Shown in pieces: positions 28,839-38,799 of a stretch of DNA of 64,000 nt (its first letter is position 1; each line of letters begins with the position of its first letter). Source of the stretch: Candidatus Poribacteria bacterium (GTDB lineage: Bacteria; Poribacteria; WGA-4E; WGA-3G); NCBI GenBank assembly GCA_965198235.1, contig OZ240248.1, positions 3,712,001-3,776,000 on the forward strand. The letters are read 5' to 3'. Below the pieces are notes generated by a model. The model searched no databases, had not been told where the DNA came from, and saw only the letters and a program-made list of their open reading frames with translations. The position numbers and the translations under genes were made by a program.

Positions 28839-29729
28839 TTAAAAAACCTTTTCGGGCATTGTTTGTCGTTTGCGGCGATGCAACTGGACGTGTTCGTGAT
28901 ACGTACCTGCATCCGCCTCAACACCTGTATCGCGTTCTAAGAAGAGTGGAAATTCTGACGCAGGGGGCTTGGCATTGTGATACGCATGGCTATAACTCCG
29001 CATGATGATCCGCTGCTCACGGTTGAGCGTCTCCAACCATTTGGGCGAAGAATGGAACCGGTCAGCGGGAGTAACCCACGATGGACAGTAGGCGACGAAG
29101 ATGTTGTAGCGCACAACATCGCTTTCGTTCGGTTCAACGCGATGCCAGATACTGGAATGCATCACCGTCATCGTTCCTTTACGTGGACAGACGACCCTTT
29201 CCCCCGGAATACTTTTATGTGTATCGTAGCCGTTCATATACTGGTGCCGGTGGCTTCCCGGCAACACGACGAGGTTGCCCATCTTTTCTCTCGGCAGATC
29301 GGTCAACCAATACCCTATTTTGATTTGCAACGGCAGTTTGGGCGAAAACACACCGTACGGGAGAGCCCGCGCGCCGTCCGGATGCCATTGATTGTACTGT
29401 TTGCCGCCGGGTGGACGTAGGAAAAATTGGCTTTGATGGAGTTTGAGGAGTTCCGCGAACAGATCATACGCATAACCGACATGTCGCTCATGATCGATGA
29501 GGTCTGTAAACATGAGGTCGCGTTCAACGATGTTCTCCATGCCGAGATAGCCACCTGGGGTATATTTCGGACTGGTCGCGGCGACGCGGTCTATCGCGTC
29601 AATATAGGTCTGGATGTCCGCATCGGAAATCGCATCTTCAATAAAGATGATGCCGTCTTCGTTAAACGTCTTCCACTGTTCTGCTGTGAATCCGGATGGT
29701 GCAACACGATATTTTTGTTCGGTTTCCAT
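28839..29729 (-). CDS. Phytanoyl-CoA dioxygenase (PhyH) family protein
   Basis: WHPD, LPGSH, IWH...N...R 2OG-Fe(II) motifs. Confidence 0.92.
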   Translation of the reverse strand: METEQKYRVAPSGFTAEQWKTFNEDGIIFIEDAISDADIQTYIDAIDRVAATSPKYTPGGYLGMENIVERDLMFTDLIDHERHVGYAYDLFAELLKLHQSQFFLRPPGGKQYNQWHPDGARALPYGVFSPKLPLQIKIGYWLTDLPREKMGNLVVLPGSHRHQYMNGYDTHKSIPGERVVCPRKGTMTVMHSSIWHRVEPNESDVVRYNIFVAYCPSWVTPADRFHSSPKWLETLNREQRIIMRSYSHAYHNAKPPASEFPLFLERDTGVEADAGTYHEHVQLHRRKRQTMPEKVF

Positions 29730-29893
29730 TAGAGAACTCCTTTCATTCGTTTTTATAGCAAATCCTGTGCCAATCAGGACAGTCCCACGCGGGTTAGATT
29801 CTTTGGGTAGTGTTCAGAACTAACTGCACAAAATAGGGCAGATTTTGTATCCAGTGGTACGAAATGGGGCAGATGTGCTCGATAACTGTCAAC

Positions 29894-30163
29894 TTACGCA
29901 TCATCGTTTTGCAAATGAAGGTCCTCAATCGATTCCGCGTCAAGAACCTCGTCAAAGAGCAAATCAAGCCGTGCCCGGCTACGGATCTCGTTAATCTGTG
30001 TGGCAAGGGCTTCTGGCACACTCCCAAATCGAGATTGGAGAAGCTTCAGAACCGCATCGCGTTTCGCGCGGGTTTCCCCTTGTTCAATGCCCTGTTCAAT
30101 GCCCTGTTCAATGCCCTGTTCAATGCCTTGTTCAAGCAGTGTGCCTGCAATCGCTTCTGCCAT
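29894..30163 (-). CDS. Putative internally translated RpnS-like antitoxin (89 aa)
   Basis: GGAGGT 7 nt upstream of in-frame ATG at 30163. Confidence 0.6.
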   Translation of the reverse strand: MAEAIAGTLLEQGIEQGIEQGIEQGIEQGETRAKRDAVLKLLQSRFGSVPEALATQINEIRSRARLDLLFDEVLDAESIEDLHLQNDDA

Positions 30164-30979
30164 GATGTCTACCTCCATGTCATTCGCATGTTGATTCAGG
30201 ATATCTATCAAGCCTCTGTGTTCTCCAACCGGACGGCGATGCAAAATCAATAACAGCAGATACATAACCGACCGGCGCAGCTGTTGAGCCCCTTCTGTCT
30301 CAAGGTCGCTGAGCCGCAGCATTGCTTGCTGCAACGCATCGCTTATCACGTCCGCGTCTGCATACTCCTGTTGAAGAACCGTCAGTAACCAGCCGAACGG
30401 ATGATCCGTTCGCGTCAGGTCCGATGTCGCCGTCTCCTTTACACTTAGAAACAATGTGTCAAACGTCGGGACAAAACGGGCAAGCGCGTCTGGAATCTCC
30501 ATCATCCCTGTCAGTGACAACGCCACATTCCAACGCTGTGAACCCGTGTAAAATACGATGGGGAGAATCGGACGTAAACGCCATTCACTTTTGGGAACAT
30601 CGTCTGATTCCCAGTTCCGGCGTTGCGAATCCCATAGCTGCGTCATGTAAAACAGCACTCGAAATCCCATTGTCACATCAACCGTGGATTGGTGTTCAAT
30701 GAGAATATAAATAATCAACTCGTTGGTCTCGGACCCACCATAAAACGGGACACTAAAGATGATGTCGGATTCCTGTTCGCGAAGTGTGTCGGAAACAAAA
30801 CTCCTATTAAGTTGAACAAGCCGGGTAAAATCAATCTGTGATGCGATCCGGTCCGAGATGATTTCTATTAATCCTCGAACGTTTTCCTGGTTTTGGAGCA
30901 ACCATCGGGCACTCCTATCAGGAAAGTGCTGGATCGGGAAATCGAAAATGTTAAGTATATCTATTTCTGGCGTATCCAT
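29894..30979 (-). CDS. Rpn family recombination-promoting nuclease / putative transposase
   Basis: SFV...E.ESD, YILIEHQST, LPIVFYTG; C-terminal EQGI repeats and DUF4351-like tail; start MDTPE. Confidence 0.92.
   Translation of the reverse strand: MDTPEIDILNIFDFPIQHFPDRSARWLLQNQENVRGLIEIISDRIASQIDFTRLVQLNRSFVSDTLREQESDIIFSVPFYGGSETNELIIYILIEHQSTVDVTMGFRVLFYMTQLWDSQRRNWESDDVPKSEWRLRPILPIVFYTGSQRWNVALSLTGMMEIPDALARFVPTFDTLFLSVKETATSDLTRTDHPFGWLLTVLQQEYADADVISDALQQAMLRLSDLETEGAQQLRRSVMYLLLLILHRRPVGEHRGLIDILNQHANDMEVDIMAEAIAGTLLEQGIEQGIEQGIEQGIEQGETRAKRDAVLKLLQSRFGSVPEALATQINEIRSRARLDLLFDEVLDAESIEDLHLQNDDA
30078..30136. repeat. 12-bp coding tandem repeat (EQGI)n
   Basis: TGTTCAATGCCC repeated ~4-5 times. 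Confidence 0.9.
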
Positions 30980-31219
30980 AACCCTCCTGTGCCGCAAGGA
31001 AACTGTCAATGACGGAATACTAACTGCTGACGACTGACGACTAATAACTGATAACTGACTACTATTTAAGAGTATCATATTTTACCAAAAGCGTCAAACG
31101 ATAATAACAAGATGTCCCAAACCCAAAGTGTAATCCTTGGATTTGGGACAACAGAATTCCAAGTCTTGATGCAGCAACCGCCTAAACGTTATTTCAAGAT
31201 AACCATTCATCAACGTTCA

Positions 31220-32404
31220 CTACACGCCAACCCCTGTTTCGTAAATATCGTTCTGGACTAACCATACCGAAACTGCTTGAACGAGGATCTGATTTGCCCG
31301 TTCAACAATCGGGTTTAGCGATGGGATATGAACAAACATTTTTTGTGCTCGGTGTTTCAGATTTGCGATTGATGGCAGCTCAAGGATTTTCATTTCTTTA
31401 AGAAATGCTTCAACTTCTGCCTGACTGATACGGGCACGATTACGCAATTCTTCTAATTTTGGAGTGTGTGTCCATGCTTTTAAAACCGCGTTACCGATGT
31501 ATTCAATCGAAAAACTTGCAGCGAGTTGTTGAGCAGTATTTTCGATGGTAGATAACGACAATTTACGTTGCCTTTCAACTACATGCTTGGGGGGTAAGCG
31601 TAGGTCCCAAACAATTCTAAAAATGGACAAAACTTTCAAAATATAATATGTAATATCAATTTGCCACCAACGAAAGCCTTGGGGTGTGGCACTTGGAAAG
31701 TGGTGATGATTGTTATGCCAGCCTTCACCTAATGTAATGATAGCGAGAAGCAAGTTATTGCGAGAATTATCACCGGTGACATACGGTTGTTTACCTATTA
31801 CATGTGAAAGAGAATTAATAGTAAATGTACCGTGAAAAAGGAGCACTGTACTCAGGAAGAAACCTACGACAAGTCCCGACCAACCTGCAACTGCCCATAC
31901 AAAGACAGCTAATAGGAAAGGGGGGAATCTTTCCCATTTATCGAGCCAAACAAGTTCTGGGTATTTCCGGAAATCCTTAATTATACTGTAATCTACGGTC
32001 CGCCCGCGTTTGGAGAAAATCCAAAGCACGTGGGAATACCAGAATCCGTGTTTAACTGGAGAGTGTACATCTTGTTCTGTGTCGGAGTACTTATGGTGCT
32101 CACGATGTTTTGCTGCCCACCAAAGTACGCTGCGTTGTGCTGAACTCTGACCCAAGAATGCCAGAAAAAATTGGAATCCGCGGCTTGTTTTGAATGAGCG
32201 GTGCGAAAAATAACGATGAAATCCAGCAGTAATTCCAAACATGCGGATAACATACAATGCGCCACATATAATCCAATCGATGGGTTGAATGTCCACCCAG
32301 AAAATCGCAAAACAGGCAAGGTGAACCATTAGGAAAGGCAGGACGCGTGGATGAATAATGTCCTCCTCATGGGAAGGACCCGAAATCTCTGTTTCTGTAG
32401 ACAC
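31220..32404 (-). CDS. Acyl-CoA (delta-9-type) fatty acid desaturase with C-terminal extension
   Basis: His boxes HRYFSH, HREHH, HNNHH. Confidence 0.93.
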   Translation of the reverse strand: MSTETEISGPSHEEDIIHPRVLPFLMVHLACFAIFWVDIQPIDWIICGALYVIRMFGITAGFHRYFSHRSFKTSRGFQFFLAFLGQSSAQRSVLWWAAKHREHHKYSDTEQDVHSPVKHGFWYSHVLWIFSKRGRTVDYSIIKDFRKYPELVWLDKWERFPPFLLAVFVWAVAGWSGLVVGFFLSTVLLFHGTFTINSLSHVIGKQPYVTGDNSRNNLLLAIITLGEGWHNNHHHFPSATPQGFRWWQIDITYYILKVLSIFRIVWDLRLPPKHVVERQRKLSLSTIENTAQQLAASFSIEYIGNAVLKAWTHTPKLEELRNRARISQAEVEAFLKEMKILELPSIANLKHRAQKMFVHIPSLNPIVERANQILVQAVSVWLVQNDIYETGVGV

Positions 32405-32704
32405 TATTGTTATGTTCCTTTTGCTTTTAGCTTTCTCGCATAACGACTATGTTTTGCGGCGTTGAAAATTTACCCGTACACATCGGCGACATATCTTAAC
32501 GGAAACCGCAGTTATTGATGAAATGTTGGAGCCAAGAAATACCACATTTTGCCAAAAAAGCGATTTTTTATGCTTGCTTCCTTACAGATCTTCCAATTGA
32601 GGGGTGACTGTCGTTCGAGGTATTGAGGTGAATATTTGTAAATTTCAAATTAATTATAGGGCGAGGCACAGATCGCCTCACTCTACAATGTGAGTCGGTC
32701 GGTT

Positions 32705-34498
32705 CTATTGCTTTTCACGCAGACGTGCTTCTAACGCTGCCAATTCATCGGATAACGCTTCAGGTAGTGTTTCCTCAAAGCGTGCGTAATGTTCCCGAAT
32801 GGATTCAATTTCATTGAGCCATTCTTCGACATCGACGTTCAGGAGTTCTCCCATCTGGTCGTCCGCTACGTCTAATCCACTGGTATCAATAGCACCGGAT
32901 GCGGGTAGGTAACCGATCGGTGTTTCAACAGCCTCGCCTTTGCCAGTGACACGTTCCACGATCCACTTAAGCACGCGACTGTTTTCGCCGAAGCCGGGCC
33001 AGAGCCATCCGCCGTCAGCGTCTTTGCGGAACCAATTGACGTAGAAAATCTTCGGCAATTTGCTGGCTTCGGTATTTTTGCCCATCTCCAGCCAGTGTGC
33101 AAAGTAATCGCCCATGTTGTAGCCACAGAACGGAAGCATCGCCATCGGATCGCGTCGAAGTTCACCGACTGTACCAGCAGCAGCCGCTGTGCGTTCGGAG
33201 GAAGCAATAGAGCCGATAAAGGTGCCGTGCTGCCAGTCAAACGTTTCAAACACGAGCGGGACGGTAGTGGCACGTCGTCCACCGAAAAGGATCGCCGAGA
33301 TTGGGACACCGTTCGGATTCTCCCAATTCGGGTCGATAATCGGGCATTGCGCCGCGGGGGTGGTATAGCGAGCATTCGGGTGTGCTGCGGTTTTTTCATC
33401 ACCAGGGTGCCACTCTTCACCGAGCCAACTTGTGAGCGTTTCGGGTGGATCTTCGCTCATCTCTTCCCACCAGACATCGGTATCCTCTGTGAGGGCGGCA
33501 TTCGTGAAGATCGAGTTTGATGCGAGCGTGTGCATCGCATTCGGGTTGGTATCCATTGACGTGCCGGGGGCAACACCGAAAAAGCCTGCTTCGGGGTTGA
33601 TAGCGTAGAGCCTTCCGTCTTCACCGAATTTCATCCATGCGATGTCGTCGCCGATGGTCTCAGCTTTCCAACCGGGTAGGGTTGGCGTGAGCATCGCGAG
33701 GTTCGTCTTACCACAGGCACTTGGGAACGCTGCAGCGATGTAAGTTTTCTCGCCTTCCGGACTCGTTAATCCCAAAATGAGCATGTGTTCTGCCATCCAT
33801 CCATCGTTTTTCGCCATGATAGAGGCGATACGGAGGGCATAGCATTTTTTACCGAGCAGCGCGTTCCCACCATAGCCGCTACCGTAGGACCAGATGGAAC
33901 GTTCCTCGGGAAAATGTACGATGTATTTGTTATCCGAGTCGCAGGGCCAGACAACATCAGTTTGTCCGGGTTCCAATGGCATTCCGACGGAATGTAAACA
34001 CGGCACAAAGTCGCCGTCTTCGCCTAAGACCTCTAATACAGCACTACCCATGCGTGTCATAATCCGCATGTTGACAACGACGTAAGGTGAATCGCTGATT
34101 TCAACGCCGATATGTGAGATAGGTGAACCGAGTGGTCCCATACTGAACGGCACGACGTACATCGTCCTGCCTTTCATGCAACCCTTGAAAAGTCCTTTGA
34201 GGGTTTCTTTCATCTCGTTGGGGTCGTGCCAGTTGTTTGTCGGTCCAGCTTCAAGCGGCGTTTTCGCGCAGATGAACGTTCGATCTTCAACGCGTGCGAC
34301 ATCGGCAGGATTGGAATGCGCCAGGTAACTCCCTGGGCGTTTTTCGGGATCCAAGCGAACGAATGTCCCTTTTTGAACTAATTCTTCGCACAGTCGATCG
34401 TTTTCTTCTTGAGAACCGTCACACCAATAGATAGAATCGGGTTGACAAAGCGCAGCGGCTTCTTCGACCCAACTCTGTAATTTCTTGTTTTTGGTCAT
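32705..34498 (-). CDS. pckG: Phosphoenolpyruvate carboxykinase (GTP)
   Basis: [36 protein letters not shown]. Confidence 0.97.
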   Translation of the reverse strand: MTKNKKLQSWVEEAAALCQPDSIYWCDGSQEENDRLCEELVQKGTFVRLDPEKRPGSYLAHSNPADVARVEDRTFICAKTPLEAGPTNNWHDPNEMKETLKGLFKGCMKGRTMYVVPFSMGPLGSPISHIGVEISDSPYVVVNMRIMTRMGSAVLEVLGEDGDFVPCLHSVGMPLEPGQTDVVWPCDSDNKYIVHFPEERSIWSYGSGYGGNALLGKKCYALRIASIMAKNDGWMAEHMLILGLTSPEGEKTYIAAAFPSACGKTNLAMLTPTLPGWKAETIGDDIAWMKFGEDGRLYAINPEAGFFGVAPGTSMDTNPNAMHTLASNSIFTNAALTEDTDVWWEEMSEDPPETLTSWLGEEWHPGDEKTAAHPNARYTTPAAQCPIIDPNWENPNGVPISAILFGGRRATTVPLVFETFDWQHGTFIGSIASSERTAAAAGTVGELRRDPMAMLPFCGYNMGDYFAHWLEMGKNTEASKLPKIFYVNWFRKDADGGWLWPGFGENSRVLKWIVERVTGKGEAVETPIGYLPASGAIDTSGLDVADDQMGELLNVDVEEWLNEIESIREHYARFEETLPEALSDELAALEARLREKQ

Positions 34499-34543
34499 TT
34501 AAACCTCCAGTTATTGAATATGCTTGTTATTGCTCCGTATATA

Positions 34544-34572
34544 ATTGTATAACATATTTCCTTACCTTGCAA
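34544..34572 (-). promoter_or_regulatory. Sigma70-type promoter of pckG
   Basis: TTGCAA-17-TACAAT on minus strand. Confidence 0.55.
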
Positions 34573-34587
34573 ATTAAAAGGTAGACG

Positions 34588-36525
34588 CTAAAACGCCGCG
34601 CCAAGGTTAACGTGGATTTTCCCTCGCAATAGGGAGTCTCCTGCCGCGAGACCATAATTGATACGTAAGATACCGCCTCTTGATTCAAGTCGCGCCCCAA
34701 ATCCGTAGCCGACGCGGAGTGTATCAAAAACGGATGGGGTTTCAATCAAGGTTACAGCACCTAAATCGGTAAAGACAAAGATTTGCGAATCAGGTCCGAC
34801 GAGAAATCGGTATTCGAGGTTGGCATACACACGCCGCGGTCCAGAAAACCAATCTTCATCGTACCCGCGCAAAGTGGTCGCACCACCGAGATAGAAAAGT
34901 TCGGTTGGCGGGATATTAACACCCCATGCAGCGGCACCGTGGAGTTCAACGGCAACAGTCTGTTTCCGCCATGTTGGGAAATATTGTTGTAGAGAAAGCC
35001 ATGCTTTTCGGAGACGAAAATCACTCCGTGACACTTCAAAGGCGACGCTATCACGCCGTCCGCGTGTCGGATTCAGAAAATAGTCACGGGTATCCCGTGT
35101 CAACCGGAGTGTGACGCTGTATTTCGTGCCGATGTATGGCGTAGGTTCGGTGGGTGAAATAGCGCGTGGATCGGAGAAGATCGGCGTTTGGGTCTCAAAA
35201 GAAGGTGTTGTCACTGAAGGTAAACCAACATTTGGCACGTTGATCCGTTTATATCCCAACGCCATAATCCCTTCAAAGACGCGTCCGAAGTTCGTTGTTG
35301 CGCTCACGCTACCTGACTGTTCTTCGGAAACGGTTTCTGAGGCATTATCAGGAAAACCTTGGAGTTGTCCTCTATCGGGATTGCGTTGTTTGAGCTGCCC
35401 GTATTCTATGCCGACGGTTAGCGGTTTGCCAAATATCCACGGTTCTGCGTAGCCGAGTCGTAAGATCTTTAGCAGACCGGATTTCCAATAGAGGTTAACC
35501 TGTCTTCCCGTTCCTAACAGGTTGGTTTCTCGGGCTTCAAGCACGCCAGTGAGTTGTGGTGCAGCGTCAACGTCTGAATCTGGTGGGGCATATCCGATAA
35601 CCCCGCTCAGTTGCCCTGTTCGGGCTTCGGTTACTCGCGCGTGAAAATTGATCCTATCTTCTGTTTCACCCGCTTCCAACACATTCGGATTAACTTGATA
35701 GAAATATCCCAAATTTCGTAAGCGACGATAACTTGTGTCAATGTCACGCTGTTTGAAGTTTTGGTGTGGTTTCACGCGGATTTCCCTAAGGACTACCTCA
35801 GTTTTCGTTTTCTTCAGTCCGCTTACCTTGACTTCACCAATCCGGACCTGTGCCCCTTCCCTGATGTGTAACTCAAAATTGATGGTGCCTGTTTCTGGCA
35901 AAAGTTGAATATTCTTAGGTTCAATCTCAACTTTCGGATATCCGTGTTCACTGTATAATGCTTGAGTGCGTTCAATTCCCTGTTCCAACACCGCCTGTAT
36001 AAAAAGTTGTCCCTCTTTTATGCCGAGTTGATCTCGAATTTCGTCTACTGAAAAGCATTGATTTCCCGACACTGTTAACGTCCCAATGCGGAGTTGTTTG
36101 CCTTCAACAATTTCTACCGTGATAGACACAGACGTTTCACCGTTGACATGTCCAGATCCAGAAATCACTGTGATGTTGGAAGATGTTTCTGCGAAAATAA
36201 AGCCTGCGTCCCGATACTCTGCTACGATGCGTTCAAACCCTTCTATAATTTCCTCACGAGAATAGGGTTTTTCTTCCTTCCATCCGAATAGAGTTATCAG
36301 CTTTTTCTCATTTAAATGTGCATTCCCAGTGAAACGGAGTTGGCGAATACGATAGTATGAGTGTGTTGTCTCCTCTGTTTCGTTGTCCGGTATTATTGCA
36401 TTTTCTGAAGAGGTGCTCTGGTCCAGATCCTCTGATCCATACAACAGTGTTTGCGGATGACTCGTTAAACAAAAGAGTAAACCACTAAAAATAAGTATGA
36501 ACTGTGGAAGTTGGGGTCTATACAT
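34588..36525 (-). CDS. Omp85 (BamA/TamA) family protein with POTRA domains
   Basis: POTRA-like repeats, NLLGTG, LRGY motif, terminal Phe. Confidence 0.9.
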   Translation of the reverse strand: MYRPQLPQFILIFSGLLFCLTSHPQTLLYGSEDLDQSTSSENAIIPDNETEETTHSYYRIRQLRFTGNAHLNEKKLITLFGWKEEKPYSREEIIEGFERIVAEYRDAGFIFAETSSNITVISGSGHVNGETSVSITVEIVEGKQLRIGTLTVSGNQCFSVDEIRDQLGIKEGQLFIQAVLEQGIERTQALYSEHGYPKVEIEPKNIQLLPETGTINFELHIREGAQVRIGEVKVSGLKKTKTEVVLREIRVKPHQNFKQRDIDTSYRRLRNLGYFYQVNPNVLEAGETEDRINFHARVTEARTGQLSGVIGYAPPDSDVDAAPQLTGVLEARETNLLGTGRQVNLYWKSGLLKILRLGYAEPWIFGKPLTVGIEYGQLKQRNPDRGQLQGFPDNASETVSEEQSGSVSATTNFGRVFEGIMALGYKRINVPNVGLPSVTTPSFETQTPIFSDPRAISPTEPTPYIGTKYSVTLRLTRDTRDYFLNPTRGRRDSVAFEVSRSDFRLRKAWLSLQQYFPTWRKQTVAVELHGAAAWGVNIPPTELFYLGGATTLRGYDEDWFSGPRRVYANLEYRFLVGPDSQIFVFTDLGAVTLIETPSVFDTLRVGYGFGARLESRGGILRINYGLAAGDSLLRGKIHVNLGAAF

Positions 36526-36809
36526 CTATTCTCTCCATTAGATAAGTGCCTATGCTATCGTAAATAATTTTAACATGCACGCTACGCTACAGGCAAACCC
36601 GTGCTTCTACAGATTTTTTCCTGATTGCGACAATGTGAGAAATCAATCTTCAGTTAAACGCAATATTTTGGTGAACAAGAAAAAAATTTGATAAAAATTT
36701 GAATTTATGGTATCATAATTAGTAAGAGTCGCTAAATTTATAAATTATTCAAAGAAATTTTGGCAATATGGGCATGAAAGTTACGCCCACAAGGAGATAG
36801 ATATATATT

Positions 36810-38792
36810 ATGCCAAATGCCTTATTTGTTTATCCTAAATTCCCGCCATCCTATTGGGGCTTTAAGTACGCTTTAGAATTTCTTGGTAAAAAATCATCGA
36901 TGCCCCCGCTTGGATTGTTGACGATCGCTGGTATGTTCCCCAAGAATTATAACCTTAAAGTCGTCGATATAAACATTGAACCGTTGACGGATGCGCATCT
37001 CGAATGGGCGGATGTAGTGTTGACATCGACAATGATTGTTCAAAAAGATTCTCTTTATGATGTTGCCGAACGCTGTAATCGAGCAGGGGTCCCTATCATT
37101 GCTGGCGGACCGCACCCGACCTCCTACTACGATAATATCAAAGAGGAAACCGATGCTGAGATTGACCATTTTCTCTTTGGTGAAGTTGAAGAGAGCTTTG
37201 AAGAGTTCTTAACCGATTTTGAGAGTGGTAGTGCGCAAGAGATCTATCGTGAGAAGCGGAAACCGGATATCACGATGACACCACCGCCCCGCTACGACCT
37301 TATCGATATTAATGCTTACGGGTCAATGGCACTCCAGTTTTCGCGTGGGTGTCCTTTCAATTGCGAATTTTGCGACATTACGAAGTTGTTCGGGCGCGTG
37401 CCACGCACTAAAAGCAATGAACAGATGCTTGCTGAGTTTGAACTTCTCTATAAACTCGGTTGGGATGGTGCGATGTTTGTTGTTGATGATAATTTTATCG
37501 GTAACAAGCGCGATGCAATGCGTTTACTTCCCGCTGTGAAGCAGTGGCAAGAGGAACGCCAATTCCCCTTCTCGCTCTACACCGAAGCCAGCGTAAACCT
37601 CGTCGAAATCCCTGAGATGCTCGACGCAATGAGCGACGCAGGATTTAACATGGTATTCCTCGGTATCGAAAGTCCAAATGATGAAGCACTCCTCACCACC
37701 TCCAAAGGACAGAACACCAGCAAAGAGGAGGCGGCAGGTAGTTACCTCTTGCGTGCAATTAGGGAGATACAGAGCAAGGGGATGGAGGTCACAGGTGGAT
37801 TTATTATCGGGCTTGATGGTGATACTGAATTTGATTCTCACATCAATTTTATTCAGGAAGCCGGTATACCTATGGCGATGGCAGGTCTGCTGACGGCTTT
37901 GAAGGAGACCGACCTTTGGCACCGATTGAAACAGGAAGATCGGTTGCTTGTGGAATCCAGCGGAAATAATACCGACATGAGCCTCAATTTTGTCCCTGAA
38001 ATGCCGCGCGAGGAACTCCTATCGGAGTATCGGCGTGTCGTTTCAACGCTCTATGATCCGACCTTAAAGAACTATTTTGCCCGATGTTTGACCTTGCTTG
38101 AGCATATGCCTCAGACATCACACAACGTCCGATCGATTAAGAAAGAAGAACTGCTCGCATTTCTTCGGTCGATCCAGCAGCAGCTTTTCTCCAGGCAGGG
38201 ATTGGAGTACGCACGATATTTGCTGAAGACATTCAAAGACTATCCTAAGATGTTCCCGGAAGCCGTGCGATTGGCGATCATGGGTTACCATTTGGAAAAG
38301 ACGACGCGTCATACCATCGCTGTTGAGGATTTCAGAAACTTCTTGGCTCACGAAATGGATACGTTTAAGGAGAAGATTTCGCCCTTTGAACAGGCTCAAG
38401 GCGATCGGATGAATGAGATTCAGAACTATTCGCGGCAACTCTTTGCACGCGTGAAGAAGGAATACGATTCGATTCACGAGGATTTCCGATACGCGGCGCA
38501 CAGCGCACTTGCCGGTTTTCAGAAATCGGTGTTCAAGGAATACTTGGACGCGGAACTCGATGCTTTTAAAGCGGCTGTCAGCACTTTCGCAAAGGCGCAG
38601 ACTGAGAGACTCGGTGAACTCCAAACGTATATTCACAATCTCTTTACCCGCGTTCGTGCCCAACACGAGCAACTCCACGACGATTTCAAGCAGAACGCCC
38701 AAGAAACCTTTGACGCTTTCCATGACTCCGTCCAGCGGCATTTAGAACAACTCTTCGGTTCTGTTCCTGTACAGATTGAAGGACTCAGTTAA
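36810..38792 (+). CDS. B12-binding radical SAM protein (DUF4070/HpnP-like) with duplicated helical C-terminus
   Basis: PPLGLL, GGPHPT, CPFNCEFC, DDNFIGN; 67-aa tandem repeat at 38331/38532. Confidence 0.9.
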   Translation: MPNALFVYPKFPPSYWGFKYALEFLGKKSSMPPLGLLTIAGMFPKNYNLKVVDINIEPLTDAHLEWADVVLTSTMIVQKDSLYDVAERCNRAGVPIIAGGPHPTSYYDNIKEETDAEIDHFLFGEVEESFEEFLTDFESGSAQEIYREKRKPDITMTPPPRYDLIDINAYGSMALQFSRGCPFNCEFCDITKLFGRVPRTKSNEQMLAEFELLYKLGWDGAMFVVDDNFIGNKRDAMRLLPAVKQWQEERQFPFSLYTEASVNLVEIPEMLDAMSDAGFNMVFLGIESPNDEALLTTSKGQNTSKEEAAGSYLLRAIREIQSKGMEVTGGFIIGLDGDTEFDSHINFIQEAGIPMAMAGLLTALKETDLWHRLKQEDRLLVESSGNNTDMSLNFVPEMPREELLSEYRRVVSTLYDPTLKNYFARCLTLLEHMPQTSHNVRSIKKEELLAFLRSIQQQLFSRQGLEYARYLLKTFKDYPKMFPEAVRLAIMGYHLEKTTRHTIAVEDFRNFLAHEMDTFKEKISPFEQAQGDRMNEIQNYSRQLFARVKKEYDSIHEDFRYAAHSALAGFQKSVFKEYLDAELDAFKAAVSTFAKAQTERLGELQTYIHNLFTRVRAQHEQLHDDFKQNAQETFDAFHDSVQRHLEQLFGSVPVQIEGLS

Positions 38793-38799
38793 TCAGACC

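Noticed and set aside
29864-30253. Plus-strand ORFs with ALFN / CSMP repeats
   Set aside because: Antisense shadows of the Rpn EQGI repeat
36526-36809. Cobalamin riboswitch upstream of B12 radical SAM gene
   Set aside because: No B12-box-like core seen; AT-rich divergent promoter region. An Rfam scan would settle it
38118-38741. 207-aa minus-strand ORF
   Set aside because: Fully antisense to the radical SAM tail; no independent motif
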